Source of the DNA: Microbotryum violaceum
Taxonomy: Eukaryota
Direction of reading: 5' to 3'
Assembly (NCBI GenBank): GCA_001244265.2
Contig: CDLV01000010.1
Location: forward strand, 1,612,001-1,676,000
DNA length: 64,000 nucleotides
Shown here: positions 20,385 to 31,356 of the stretch, in pieces
Position numbering within the stretch: position 1 is the stretch's first letter
Layout of the letters: each line of letters starts with the position of its first letter
Notes under the pieces: model-generated
What the model was told of the DNA's origin: nothing
Seen by the model: the letters and a program-made list of their open reading frames with translations, nothing else
Database searches by the model: none
Position numbers and translations under genes: made by a program

Positions 20385-22165
20385 ATGCTTGGACTCGGAC
20401 CCGTGTCAGCCCTGCTCCTCGCGGCACTCAAGGTGTCGCAGGTGAATGCGGCATATTCGCTCTACAAAGACTACTCTGGGAGTTCATTTTTCGACGATTG
20501 GACATTCTATGGTGCGTTGGGGTGTGTCAGGCATCTCTGTCTCTGTTGCCTGCGGCGCGCAAGCTGCCGGTGGGGCCGTGCGGTGCTGCGTCTCGGGTTG
20601 ACCGCGAGCTAACTGCGTGAATGCGTACACACTGCCACCTCACACTTGATGTATTCTGATTCGCCGTTCGGCACGCTGGCAAAACTTGTTCTATTCAGGC
20701 AAGTACGACAACCTGACCCACGGTAAGCTTGTTGCTCAGTTGCCCATCTCCCGCCAGCGTGTCTGGATCGAATCTCTTGGCTGATCCAGGTCGTGTGGGG
20801 GGTCGGGACGATTCATCGCGCCTTCGCGCGCAGGCGACACAATCTGGGTCAATCAATCCGCGTCCGCTCAATTGGCCTACGTCAACTCCGCCGGCAGAGC
20901 AATCATCAAGGTTGACAACACTTCCACCGTGCCCTACAACGGCAAGCGTGATTCCGTCCGCATTACTACCAACACTAACGTGAGTTCAAACCTCTACGCC
21001 CGGGTCACTCAACTGGTATGCCCGAGGATTGATAGCTGATTGGACACACTCTTCTTTTCTGATGATTCTTAGTTTGGTATCGGATCTTTGTGGGTCTTTG
21101 ACGCGTACCACGTCCCATACGGGTGCTCCGTGTGGCCGGCATTGTGGAGCGTGGGCCCGAACTGGCCTCTCAACGGAGAAATTGACACGTTCGAAGGAGG
21201 TCCGTGCATGCCTCAGGGTTCAATTGCTGTAGAAAGGTACTGATAAACTATTTCCATTCTCTCTAAAAAGTGAATCTTCAAGCCACGAATCAATATGCTG
21301 TGCGTAGACCCTCGGCAATTCGGCACCTGTTTAATACAGAATGGCCCGTCTGACAAGCTTGTCTGCGATCCACAGATCCACACCGATACAGGCTGCCTTG
21401 TTAATAGTCCACCAAACACTATGACCGGTAATCTAACGTACACCAACTGCTCGGCATACTCAAACTACAACGAAGGCTGCACCATCTCCGATCCTCGTGC
21501 GACCTCGTACGGCGCCGACTTTGCCGCGAACGGCGGAGGGGTCTGGGCGACCGAGCTCGCTTCCACAGGGATCAAGATCTGGTTCTTCCCGCGAGCATCG
21601 GTGCCTTCAGATCTGCTGGTGACCAACAAAAATGCGCAGCCGGACCCGAGTGGATGGGGCCTGCCGGCTGCCAACTACCCGAGTCAACCGAGTTGCGACA
21701 TCTCGACGTACTTTGGTCCTCAACAGTTGACAATTGACATCACCTTGTGTGGAGACTGGGTATTTCTACAACGCATTTCAATGTTTCCGTGGTTCTGAAG
21801 ATTATTGCTTATGTGGACTTTGGCGGTGATGGTGACCACAGGCTGGACAAGCCGCGGTGTACAGCCAGACGTGTACCCTCAAGCAGTCTTGTTACCTCGA
21901 TAGTGTCCTGAACCCGTCCACCTACAACACTGCCTACTTTGAACTAGATAGCGTCAGGGTATACAATGATGGATCGCCCGAGGCCACCTCAACCCCCGTC
22001 AAGACGAACGCGACCTTCTCCCCGACAACCGGTGGAAATGCTGCTGCATCGCCCTCGAAACCGTCGAGCGCTAGCAGAGTTTTGATGGAGTTTGGGAGCC
22101 ACGGAGTGGTGGCATCAGCATTGGCAGTGATCTTAATAGCGGTCGGAACTGTACTGGTGTGGTAG
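20385..22165 (+). CDS. Glycoside hydrolase family 16 (fungal Lam16A-like beta-glucanase), probably GPI-anchored
   Basis: Signal peptide, DYSGSSFFDDWTF, KRDSVRITT, PYGCSVWPALW, catalytic GEIDTFEG (ExDxxE), NGGGVWA, ITLCGDWAG. Ends in an S/T-rich linker and hydrophobic tail. Confidence 0.92.
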
Positions 22166-23580
22166 TCGGCCACTCCAGTGCTCTATCTTTGACCGGCAGC
22201 GTGACCACGGTCGACCGATGGGCACAGCTGGTGCCGACCCGTCAGAAAGATTCGTACCTTGGAGATTCTACACCATCGTCTCTAGCATGGATCTACTCCT
22301 AGCTGATTTTGTCTTGATATCTCTTGTTACTGCACAAATTTCATGCCACTGCTTTACTCTCTTACAGACCCTCACCTTTTTCGTCTATTTTTTTGCCTGC
22401 CCGATCCCTGCGTTGATTGAGCCTCAATTGACTCGTCGTAGTACACCCGTAGAAGCACGCGCGATGAGTTCGAGGCCGCGATGGTCCAGAGGGCCTACCA
22501 TTCGACTTTTACTTTGACGCGGAGGAGCAGATCAGGCAGTCCAAACAACGCAACGCCGCCATGGAGCCGAAGGCCCGGAGTGCGCGAAGTTTCCACGCCC
22601 ATGTGACCATGGGGTATTCATGCCAATTCCATGTGTGCTGCAGAACATACTAGCACAGTAATGGCTTTCTGTGACTGACGCCCTAAATCATGCTCAAAAC
22701 ATACTGAACCACTTTGGGTGTCTTGTGTTGCATGAAGCCCATGTTCCATGAAAGATATGCCCGTCTAGCGTTCACGAATCATCGGAGGTTTGGAAAGGAG
22801 CCAAGGGTAACGAGCGTCGCGAGTTTCGCGAGGCATGGACTGGCTTGACCCGCCGTGACGATGCTCGATGATGATGTGTGAAGCCTTCAGAGTCAAAGGT
22901 GTTCTGGAAATCATGCGCTTGAATAAAGGTACGCACGGCCTCAGAACGTCGGAGCAAACGATTACCTTGATCCTGCCAATTGACTTGAGCGACGGGCACA
23001 GACGTGAGACGTCTTGAGCGAGCAGATCCTTGAAAGCGAAGGTGGTGGCGTCTTTTCGCCACTGCAGGACGACAAGTTGAAGCACTAGGGAGCTTACTAG
23101 GCCGATCGCGAGGAACCTGGGGATGCATTGCTCATGGACAGGTACCAACCCTGCCCCGCCAACCGTAGCGTTGAAGCCTTCATTGATCTGTTTCCTGGAC
23201 CGTACGTTGCAAAAGTTTACGCTCCGTCGTCACATGTGGCCGGCCACTGCATCCATCGCCAATCTTGCGCGACTTGGCGGAGCCCGGCGGTCCGGCTCCC
23301 TCGATGATGACGTCGACGCGCGCGCTCTCTCGCGCTCTCGCGTCCAGCGGCAGGTGCGTTGCTCGCTTCGAACGAGCTTATCACCTCGACTCTTGACACA
23401 CGTATCAACACGTTCGCCACCCATCTCAACTCATCGTGAGTACCTAGAAAGCTTGTCGAACGTCTGCCACAGCACTGCAGTGGATCTGACCCACGTCCGT
23501 CTTGTGGCCCTCCCCAACTCTTCCCCACTTTCGCTTTGGGCGATGCGTCGCACCAGAACCCCGATTTAACCTCGTCAACC

Positions 23581-23900
23581 ATGCCCGAATCTACCTCGCA
23601 CGCCGCCGCCGCCGAGAAGGCATCTCAGAACGCGGGTCAGCCTTCGAGCCACTCGCACCATGGAGAAGAGAAGAAGGCCGGAGAGAAACCCGAACATGAG
23701 GTTGGCGCTAGGAGCGGAAAGCCCATCACCACTCAGGTACGTCATTTTTCAGGTCGTCTGACTCCTTGAGGATTCGCTCAGATCATTCAAGCGAGCTTTT
23801 TCCGAGAGCCCGGGGTTGGACGACATATGGCATAAAAGTTGATGAAACGTTGATTTTGAGTGTGCAGGGCGATCTCACCAAGCCTGTTGAAGAGGAGTAA
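23581..23900 (+). CDS. Small hydrophilic protein (62 aa), two exons
   Basis: ACCATG start, intron 23737-23867 (GTACGT...TGCAG), in-frame exon 2 GDLTKPVEEE*. Codon usage resembles the neighbouring genes. Confidence 0.6.
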
Positions 23901-24789
23901 ACAGTTTCGACAACCCCGACGAGCGTCATCTTCTCGAACTGGGGGCGGATGGCGGAGGGGAGCCGCCAGTGGTCGAGTCACCGTTAGCGCCACCGAGAAG
24001 TTGATATAGACTTTATTCGGAAATCAACAAAGCAAGATAGCAATTTTTACCACCTCTACTATCAGAATCGTGGGATGATCCAATGTTCAGGGGTGTCGGA
24101 GCGAGACTTCATACTACTGGCCAAGCCTGCGACGGCGGCGCGCGACATAATCGGCAACTATTGATTAGTGATACGTCGCACGAGCTTGAAACTACGATGG
24201 GTCGTATCTTGAGCGACCACGGCTGTCGAATATTGAAGCGTCGTTAATCAAGGTGAGTATCCTATTTCATGAAAGAGAGTCGCCGAAGTGCACTCCTCGG
24301 GCGATCACGGGTTACTCAGGGGCTCACATGGGGGTCGTGATGATGTGTAACATTGTGCTGTATTTGATGTTAATTGAGCCTTGTAGGCGAGGCTGAACCT
24401 CGGGGCCGCGCCGGCGTTTCCGCGCTCCTTACTAGCCCCTGAGATCCAACGCTTTCGTTTACTGCGTGCAGAACTTCACCTGATCGTCCGCCGTTGTACG
24501 AGTCCATTCCGTGTTGACCGTTCACCTGCGCCGGCCCAATCTCCACCGGTGAACACTCTTTGAGCCCTCGTGATCCGATGCTGAATGTTAGTCGCGACGT
24601 GATGAAGTGGCGGGTTTTCGATCTCTTCCGATGAATGTGACACGAACGAACGAAATTCCAAGATTGCGATGAGATGGAGAGAAAGGATGCGAGAGAAATA
24701 TACGAATGAAACAATATAATGGAGAAGGAGAAGAAAGTGTATCCACAATAACTTGCTTCTAAAGATCCAAACCTACAGCGCGCTGCTCC

Positions 24790-27700
24790 TCAAAATAATC
24801 CAACCATCGCATCGAGATCCCCTTCGCCTTCCCCGTCCCCCTCATTCCCCCCCTCCTGTTCATCTCCATCATCCCCTTCCAACAAATCCCGTTCCAGATC
24901 TGAAACCGTCAGAAGCTCATGATCTACATACCCATCACCGTCCTCGAGTGCCGAATTATCACCTGTATTGAGGCCGGAATCGATGAGACCTCCTGGGGTG
25001 GGAGGCGGAGTGGCGGTGTCGCCGTTGGGGGAGGTCGACGTGGAAGGTGGTGCGTTCGAGGAGGTTGATGCCGATGCGCTTTGAGTGGATCCAGAAGCTT
25101 GGGTTTGGGCTTGCGATATCTCGCGTTGGCGTTGTTGGTATTGCCTCAGTTGATCGGGCTCGCCCAACCCATCGGCGAAGACTTGCGCATCCGTGACCAG
25201 ACGACGACCTTGCAATACGTCACTTTCTTCTTGTCCAGCAATCGAAGTAGAGTTACCCTGTCCATCTGCTCGCACCCGACCGAAAGCGCCCTGCGAAGCC
25301 TTGGGTGTCCCCGCCGGACTCGCTTCCGCTCCACCGATCGCACCCGTCCCCGTTCCCGTCCCGGCCCTCTCCGCCACGGCCCTCATCCTCGCAATCCACT
25401 CGTCCCGTTCTTTCAACAACCTCGTCCTCTTCTCCAATGCCTTCCTCCTCTTCCTTTCAACTTCGGGGATCAAAGTGCCGAAGAAGAGGACGACGCAGAT
25501 GATTAAAGTGTTCAACGTCCTTGAACGTAGAGTGGAGCGAGGTTGTTGGGCTTGTGGTTGTTGTTGAAATTGTGGCCGTTGTTGTTGTTGTGGTTGTTGA
25601 CCAGGAAGAAATAATGTGTTTCCGGCGTATTGAACAGGTCGTCCCGCGATCGAGCGAGGCGCAAGACCCAATTCCAGCGCTTCATCGACGAGGCCGATCA
25701 ACGCGATTCGCGTGATCCAATATTTAGGTGAAAGGCTTGAAGTCGATGTTGCGGATGAGGAAGGTCGTCGACCATTATGACCGTGTCGATGGGCTCGGGC
25801 TCGAGGTCGTTCGGGGTCGGGAATAGGCTGAGCTGCTTGAGCTTGGGGTTGAGGGGGTTGTTGACGAGCTGCGCGACGTCGGAGTTGGTCTTGTGGTTGC
25901 TCTTGTTGGTTATCCAAAGGGATCCCTACAGGTCCCCCTGCTGCCCCGGGTGCGCCACCCTCAGCAGCCAACAGAGGCGCCGCAGCCACAGCCGCAGCAG
26001 CTCGTCTCCTCCTCCTCTCGCGATCCCTCTCTCTCTCCCTATCCGCTCCCGCCTCGCCTGCCGCTGCACCACCAGCCGCGACTCCGCCAGCTCCATTATT
26101 CGCAGCGGCCATTCGAGCCCTCACGACCGCCACTCGTCGTTTATACATCGACCATCCCTCCCAAAGGACCCATCCCCCGCCAACCCCACCAAGACCCATC
26201 GCTTGGTCGTCGAAGCTCGTCGCGCAAAGATCCAGAGCAAGAACGCCAATTTGGTTGAGAGGATGAGAAGGGGTACGAAGAGGGAGACGAGTACCTCGAG
26301 ATTGAGGACGATGGAGATGGTCAGACCTCGACGACGGGGCGCAAGGGCGTTCAATGCGCCTTGGGGACCTAGTAAAGGGGCTCGGGCACCGGCTTGCGGT
26401 GGGGGAGGGGCGAGCCCTAGCATTTGATGAATGAGGGGTTGGTGGCGTGCTAAAACGCCGACTTCGAGCGGGTTTGAGGAGGAGCCGAGGGCGGATATGG
26501 AGAGTTGGATCATGGTTGAGAGGATGGAGAGGATCGCTCGACCTCGCTGGAGGGAGAGGTAGCGTGCTTGATGGTCCGTGGGTTTGGACGTAGTGGATGA
26601 TTCGGTCTTGGCTTGAGCAGGTTGGTGTAATAGATAAGGTTTGTTACTGGGACGGGAAAGGTGTGCGGCTGCAGTCAGCAAAAGCGATGTCGAGCGACGA
26701 TCCGAACGACGCGACTCACTCGATCGTCACCAGCTTGAAACCACCCTCATCACCCCCATTTTCCACCTCATAATCCCCGCCACCCAATAAATTGGCCTCT
26801 TCTTGAGCCCTCTGCATATCCTTCTCAACCAGACTCCACAGCCCAATCTCCTTCAACATCTCGACCACGCCCTCCATCTCGAATGCGTTCTGCAACTGCT
26901 CAACCTGTCCCTTTTGATCGTCCCCAAAGCCCATGAGGACCCTGCCTACTCCAGCGCGTTCGTTCGACCCCATGGAGTATTCTCGGAACCTCTGACTACG
27001 CAGCTCAACGTCCTCGGTGTAGAAAGCGTGGATGTGGATCAGATGGAGGAAGAAGGTCGTGCGTTCGAGCGGAGGGAGGGCGTTCAGGTGGGTGAGGAAG
27101 GCAAAGTAAGGTGACGAGGAAGGTACGAGAGAAGGGGTGGTGATGGAGGGTATGTAGGTCGGATTGTAGCCTGATCGGGTCGGGGTGGGGGTAAGGGGTT
27201 GCGACGCAGTAGGGGTGGGGGTCGAAACTGTCGATGTGGCCTGTGTTGTAGCCGCATGTGGCGTGGACGAAGATCCAGCAGCGTTCGTATTGCCCCCGGA
27301 GCCAGCGTTTTCCACGGGGATAGGAGGTGGTGTCGACGTGGCCGCGGACGATGATGACGACCCAGGCTGATGATGATGATGATTGACCGTCCCGATGGGT
27401 TCAGCCACGGTCCATGCATCCGGTTTGACGATCACGAACAACTTGGGTTCGATCGGGTCTTGTCCCTCGCCCTGGAGTAGGACATGTCCACGTCAGCGCC
27501 CACGATGGCCGAACGGGACCCCGGGGTGAGCCCGACCCACGGACGATGCCACGAACCCCGACTGAAGAAGGAACTGACCTGATCAAACAACGCATTCAAC
27601 ACTTCTGAATCCCTGACGACCCTTCCTCCCAACACACAGGTGATCCCTGCAGGCAACGGATGCCTCGCCCATTGCTGTTGTATGCTCTGCTTGAGCTGTA

Positions 27701-27842
27701 GCACCGATGACGAGCGAGGCAGCGTGATGGGCGGCGTGGCAGACGATGCCGAAGGCGGCGGGGAGGCTGCACTGGAGGGGGACTGCAGTTGGAGCTGAAC
27801 CGTTGTGGGTTCGTCGGGGGAGGTAGTGGCGGTGGCGGTCAT
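24790..27842 (-). CDS. Ubiquitin-like-domain membrane protein, HERP/Usa1-like (putative ERAD scaffold); apparent 1-bp frameshift at about 26176
   Basis: N-terminal Ubl-like SSVLQLKQSIQQQWARHPLPAGITCVLGGRVVRDSEVL...FVIVKP. Hydrophobic segments LILSTKLAFLLWIF and VVLFFGTLIP. Introns at about 27482-27578 and 26673-26719. Confidence 0.65.
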
Positions 27843-28077
27843 GGTTTGTAGGCGGTTGAAGAGAATCTGAGTCCGAGTGAGCGATGAAGCAAGGGGAAGC
27901 GTCAAAGTGGGGCGCGGCGCGCATGGCCGTAAACTCAGTGCCGGACTGAAACCCATTTACAAACGAGGAAAAAAGCTAATAAGCCATTGCGTGTCGGTCA
28001 AAGATCGGCCATGCCTGTCGCTCCTTTTTTGCATCCCAACACCTCAAGCAACCTAAACGTGAAACGTGTGGTAGAGG

Positions 28078-29177
28078 ATGTCGGCATCAGGGTAAGCCTT
28101 CTCTCAACCATGTATTGCTCCCACATATCACACTTCATGCACTGATGTTTGCGCTTCTATGAACATCTCAGCTCGTCGTTTCCCGTACCACCCCCACCAG
28201 ACTATGGCCCTTCCCATCCAATCCATTCAAACAACCCCAACCCAAACGCCACCTCCTCACCCCTGCCCTCCGACCCACCACCTCCTCCACCACCCTCTTC
28301 TTCCGAGCCCCTAACCGACGCCCAACTCACCGCCCAACTCAACGCCTCGACCTTGAAATTCTACAAACACACCTACCTCACCTTCCTCAGCTACTACGTA
28401 CCCCGTATAACGCTCCTTTCGGGCGGATCGTTCGTACTCAAGTTGTACCTCCTTCCGTGGCTTTTCGTTGGCATAAGGTGGTTGGGCAGATGGGTCTTGT
28501 ACGCGTTCGAAAAACTGCTCTTTGGACTCGTGTGGATCGCGAGTTGGGGAGCCCTGTACTCGATTGGGATCGGGATCTTGGGTGGTCTATTAGCGGGTGC
28601 GGCTATGTGGTTGTGGTTCGAATGGCCCAGTTTGAGTAGCGCTTATCCGAGGGGAAGTAAGTTAGTACTCTATGGGACTTGCTCGCTCGTCGTTGGGTGG
28701 ATAGCATCGAGCTCGTTCAAGATCGGTATCCCACTGGGGATCGTTGTGGCAGGTGTATGCATTCGATCAAGATTTGCGACGAGGAACAAGTTCGGTGCAA
28801 GGGGGTTCAAAAAGGGTAGTCTGAATCAGGGTCGGAACGAAGATTTGGACAAGGTGGATGAGGCGACGCAAAGGAGACTGCAGAAATTGAGGGAGGTGTC
28901 CGAGGCAAGGAGGAGGAATCAACAGACTACTCCGACTCTGAATGGGGCGACCACGACAGAGGAGGGAGGGCATTCCCCGCCAAAAGAGGGAGAGGAGGGA
29001 GAGGGAGAGGACGACGATTTAATGGATCGGGAAGCCGAAAGGTGGGCACGCAAGGCGAGGGAGGAGATGTTGAGGGAAGAACTGACGAGGAGAGCGAGAG
29101 GAGCTGGAGGGGTATTGAGTGGGACGACTGCTAGGTCGGAGGACGTCGAGGTGGGGGCGGGGGATGCTCTGGAGTGA
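28078..29177 (+). CDS. Hypothetical multi-pass membrane protein
   Basis: Micro first exon ATGTCGGCATCAGG|gtaagc joins the 342-aa ORF in frame. Several hydrophobic segments lie between a Pro-rich N-terminus and a charged C-terminus. Confidence 0.7.
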
Positions 29178-31356
29178 GCAGGTTGCAGGAACAGGTTGCA
29201 AGAAGCCACATCTGGGCGTTGTTGTAATCTATTCAGGAGAATCTCACCTCATTATTAAATCAATGATAGTCACCACAATTCTCAAATGATTCGGCAGTTG
29301 GCTCGAACAACATTCGAGACATCCCTCCGGTATGGTGGGCACCGAACAGGGAAACGGGGTGACCGGTACAAATAATCAACTCTGCTAGACCCATATGAAA
29401 TTGCCCTCCTCGAAGGCACAGCCAGGCCAACAGAAAGACAGGTTGAGATATCGGACTTATCCCGGAGGATACATCGCCTCGGCGATGCGCATGGCTGGTA
29501 CGAGAATCACCTAGCAATCGCGCTTCCTTGGCACCCGGCCGGTGACCGGTACCGTTGCGGTAACAGCGCAACGGCACGTTGCTCAGACCTGCCAACAGTT
29601 GCTGTACCTCTGAAGCATATTGTTGGGCACCAACGCCGCATATTCGTGGAACTACGTCATATAAGAGTCTGGTGGGCGGAAAAGCGTGATATTTTGGCCC
29701 CGAACGGTACGAAAACGTGTGTGGGATCGTCTTGAGGCACACGGCTCGAAGCGAATTGGGGGTGCGTGGAATTCTCCGGTGGAAGCCAGACCGGAGTCCA
29801 CCATGCAAGTACCGAAAGGGGGAAGAAGGGCGATGGCAGGTACCAATTTTAGGAGCGGAATGTGGAAAGTCAAAAAAATGATGGACAGTGGTCAGCGGAT
29901 CCCGATTCACTGCCGCTTACGGGTTGTGCAGAACTCGGGAGGTCAAGCGGGCCGGGGGCCAGCCGGCGAGCAGCTCAGCCACGCGCGGTCGCACGACCGC
30001 CGACACGGGCATGTCAGAGGTGTCTCCCATGTTGGCGGTACAGTTCTTCGGAGAAGGACCGGTCTGACGATCGCAGGAACCGACAAGTGGCGAACCGCTT
30101 CCAGTCAGGGAGAGAAAACGTGAAAACTAGGAACAGGTAAGCACTTTTTTCGCGGCGCGTGCCTCTGCCGGCCTCTTGCCTTGCTTGGGCCTGCCACGTG
30201 AATCGTTCGGCCAGCTGCTTCTGCCGCGGGTTAGGGCTGCCTCAACCTTAACTAGGCTTCGTCTCGTTTCGATCTACAGGGACCGTTTGATGGCGGCTAG
30301 GTAGATCTTGAAACTGAGTCAAGACTCAAGAGCTCTCAGGAACATACCACCCTCTCTCAGGTACGTAGATGTGAACGGAGATAAGAAGGCCCGAGTCAAT
30401 CTAATTTTGGATCTCGGTGCGGCGGTCGATCGCTGTAACGGGAAACCTTCCCATGGTCTACATCCCCACCGCTAGAAGGCTGGAGTGTACTGGTTAGGCT
30501 AGTCAAACTCGACTCGGAAATGGATTTTGCTTCCGATTCTGGTTCCCGCCGAATGGGTGCCGCAAAACTTTTGGGAATCTGAGCGACTGGACATCGAAGA
30601 ATATAAAACTCGGTGGAGGGGGCTTGCAAACCTGAATCTACGTTTCCTCATGCAAGCTAGCAAGGTCCAAACCATCAGAGGATTTTAGGTAATGGCCTAA
30701 AATACCTAGTACAGTGTGGCAAGCTCCTGGATAGGCAGGGAGGTAGGTCGATCCCGTCGGATCGCTGTGAGCTAATCTTGGAACTGTGTTCTCCCTGGCG
30801 ACGGCTGCCGTCACCAGTTAGGTAGGAGAGTCCTACTTACTTGCCTAGGAAGGTGTAGCCTAGGAAGATGTACATGACCCCTGGGTAACTAGGCAGGGGT
30901 GTAACTCGGTACCGAGGTGGGAAAATCGATCCCATAGAAACGGCTATTTTAAGCACCGACGACTCTGTCTGCATCCCTGAGATCCTGAGAAACGATGTGC
31001 GCGGCCTGACCGAAGCGCTTGGACGGATGACATCAGCCTCGCCGGTGCCAAGCCGGGCAAGAAATCGATTAGGGGAATTGGTTCCCGGTTTGATATCGCT
31101 GCCGGCGTGGTGTCCGGCTCCGTAAGGCTTCCATCAAAACGGCAAGTCCCATCGGATCCTTGACCGAAAGGAGGCCAAAAGGGGGGATGGCGCTGGGTTT
31201 GGGACCACCTCGATCTTCAGCATCTTCTCCACAGCACCAACTCCTTCGGCACCATAAATCCCTGAGACTTTCTACACCACCTTTCTTCCTTCTTGCCATC
31301 ACTCCCATATCCACTTCTGCTTACCTCCTTCCCTCTCCCCCCGCTCCTCTATTAAT

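Noticed and set aside
22765-23569. ORFs of 118-148 aa on both strands
   Set aside because: Arg/Ser-rich translations typical of non-coding GC-rich DNA, with no domain evidence.
29260-30140. Overlapping ORFs of 73-216 aa on both strands
   Set aside because: No recognisable motifs and no consistent exon structure.
30228-30236. GGGTTAGGG, which on the minus strand reads CCCTAACCC like a telomerase RNA template, next to the hairpin region
   Set aside because: A 9-nt match is expected by chance at this window size, and I could not see a pseudoknot or other supporting element.
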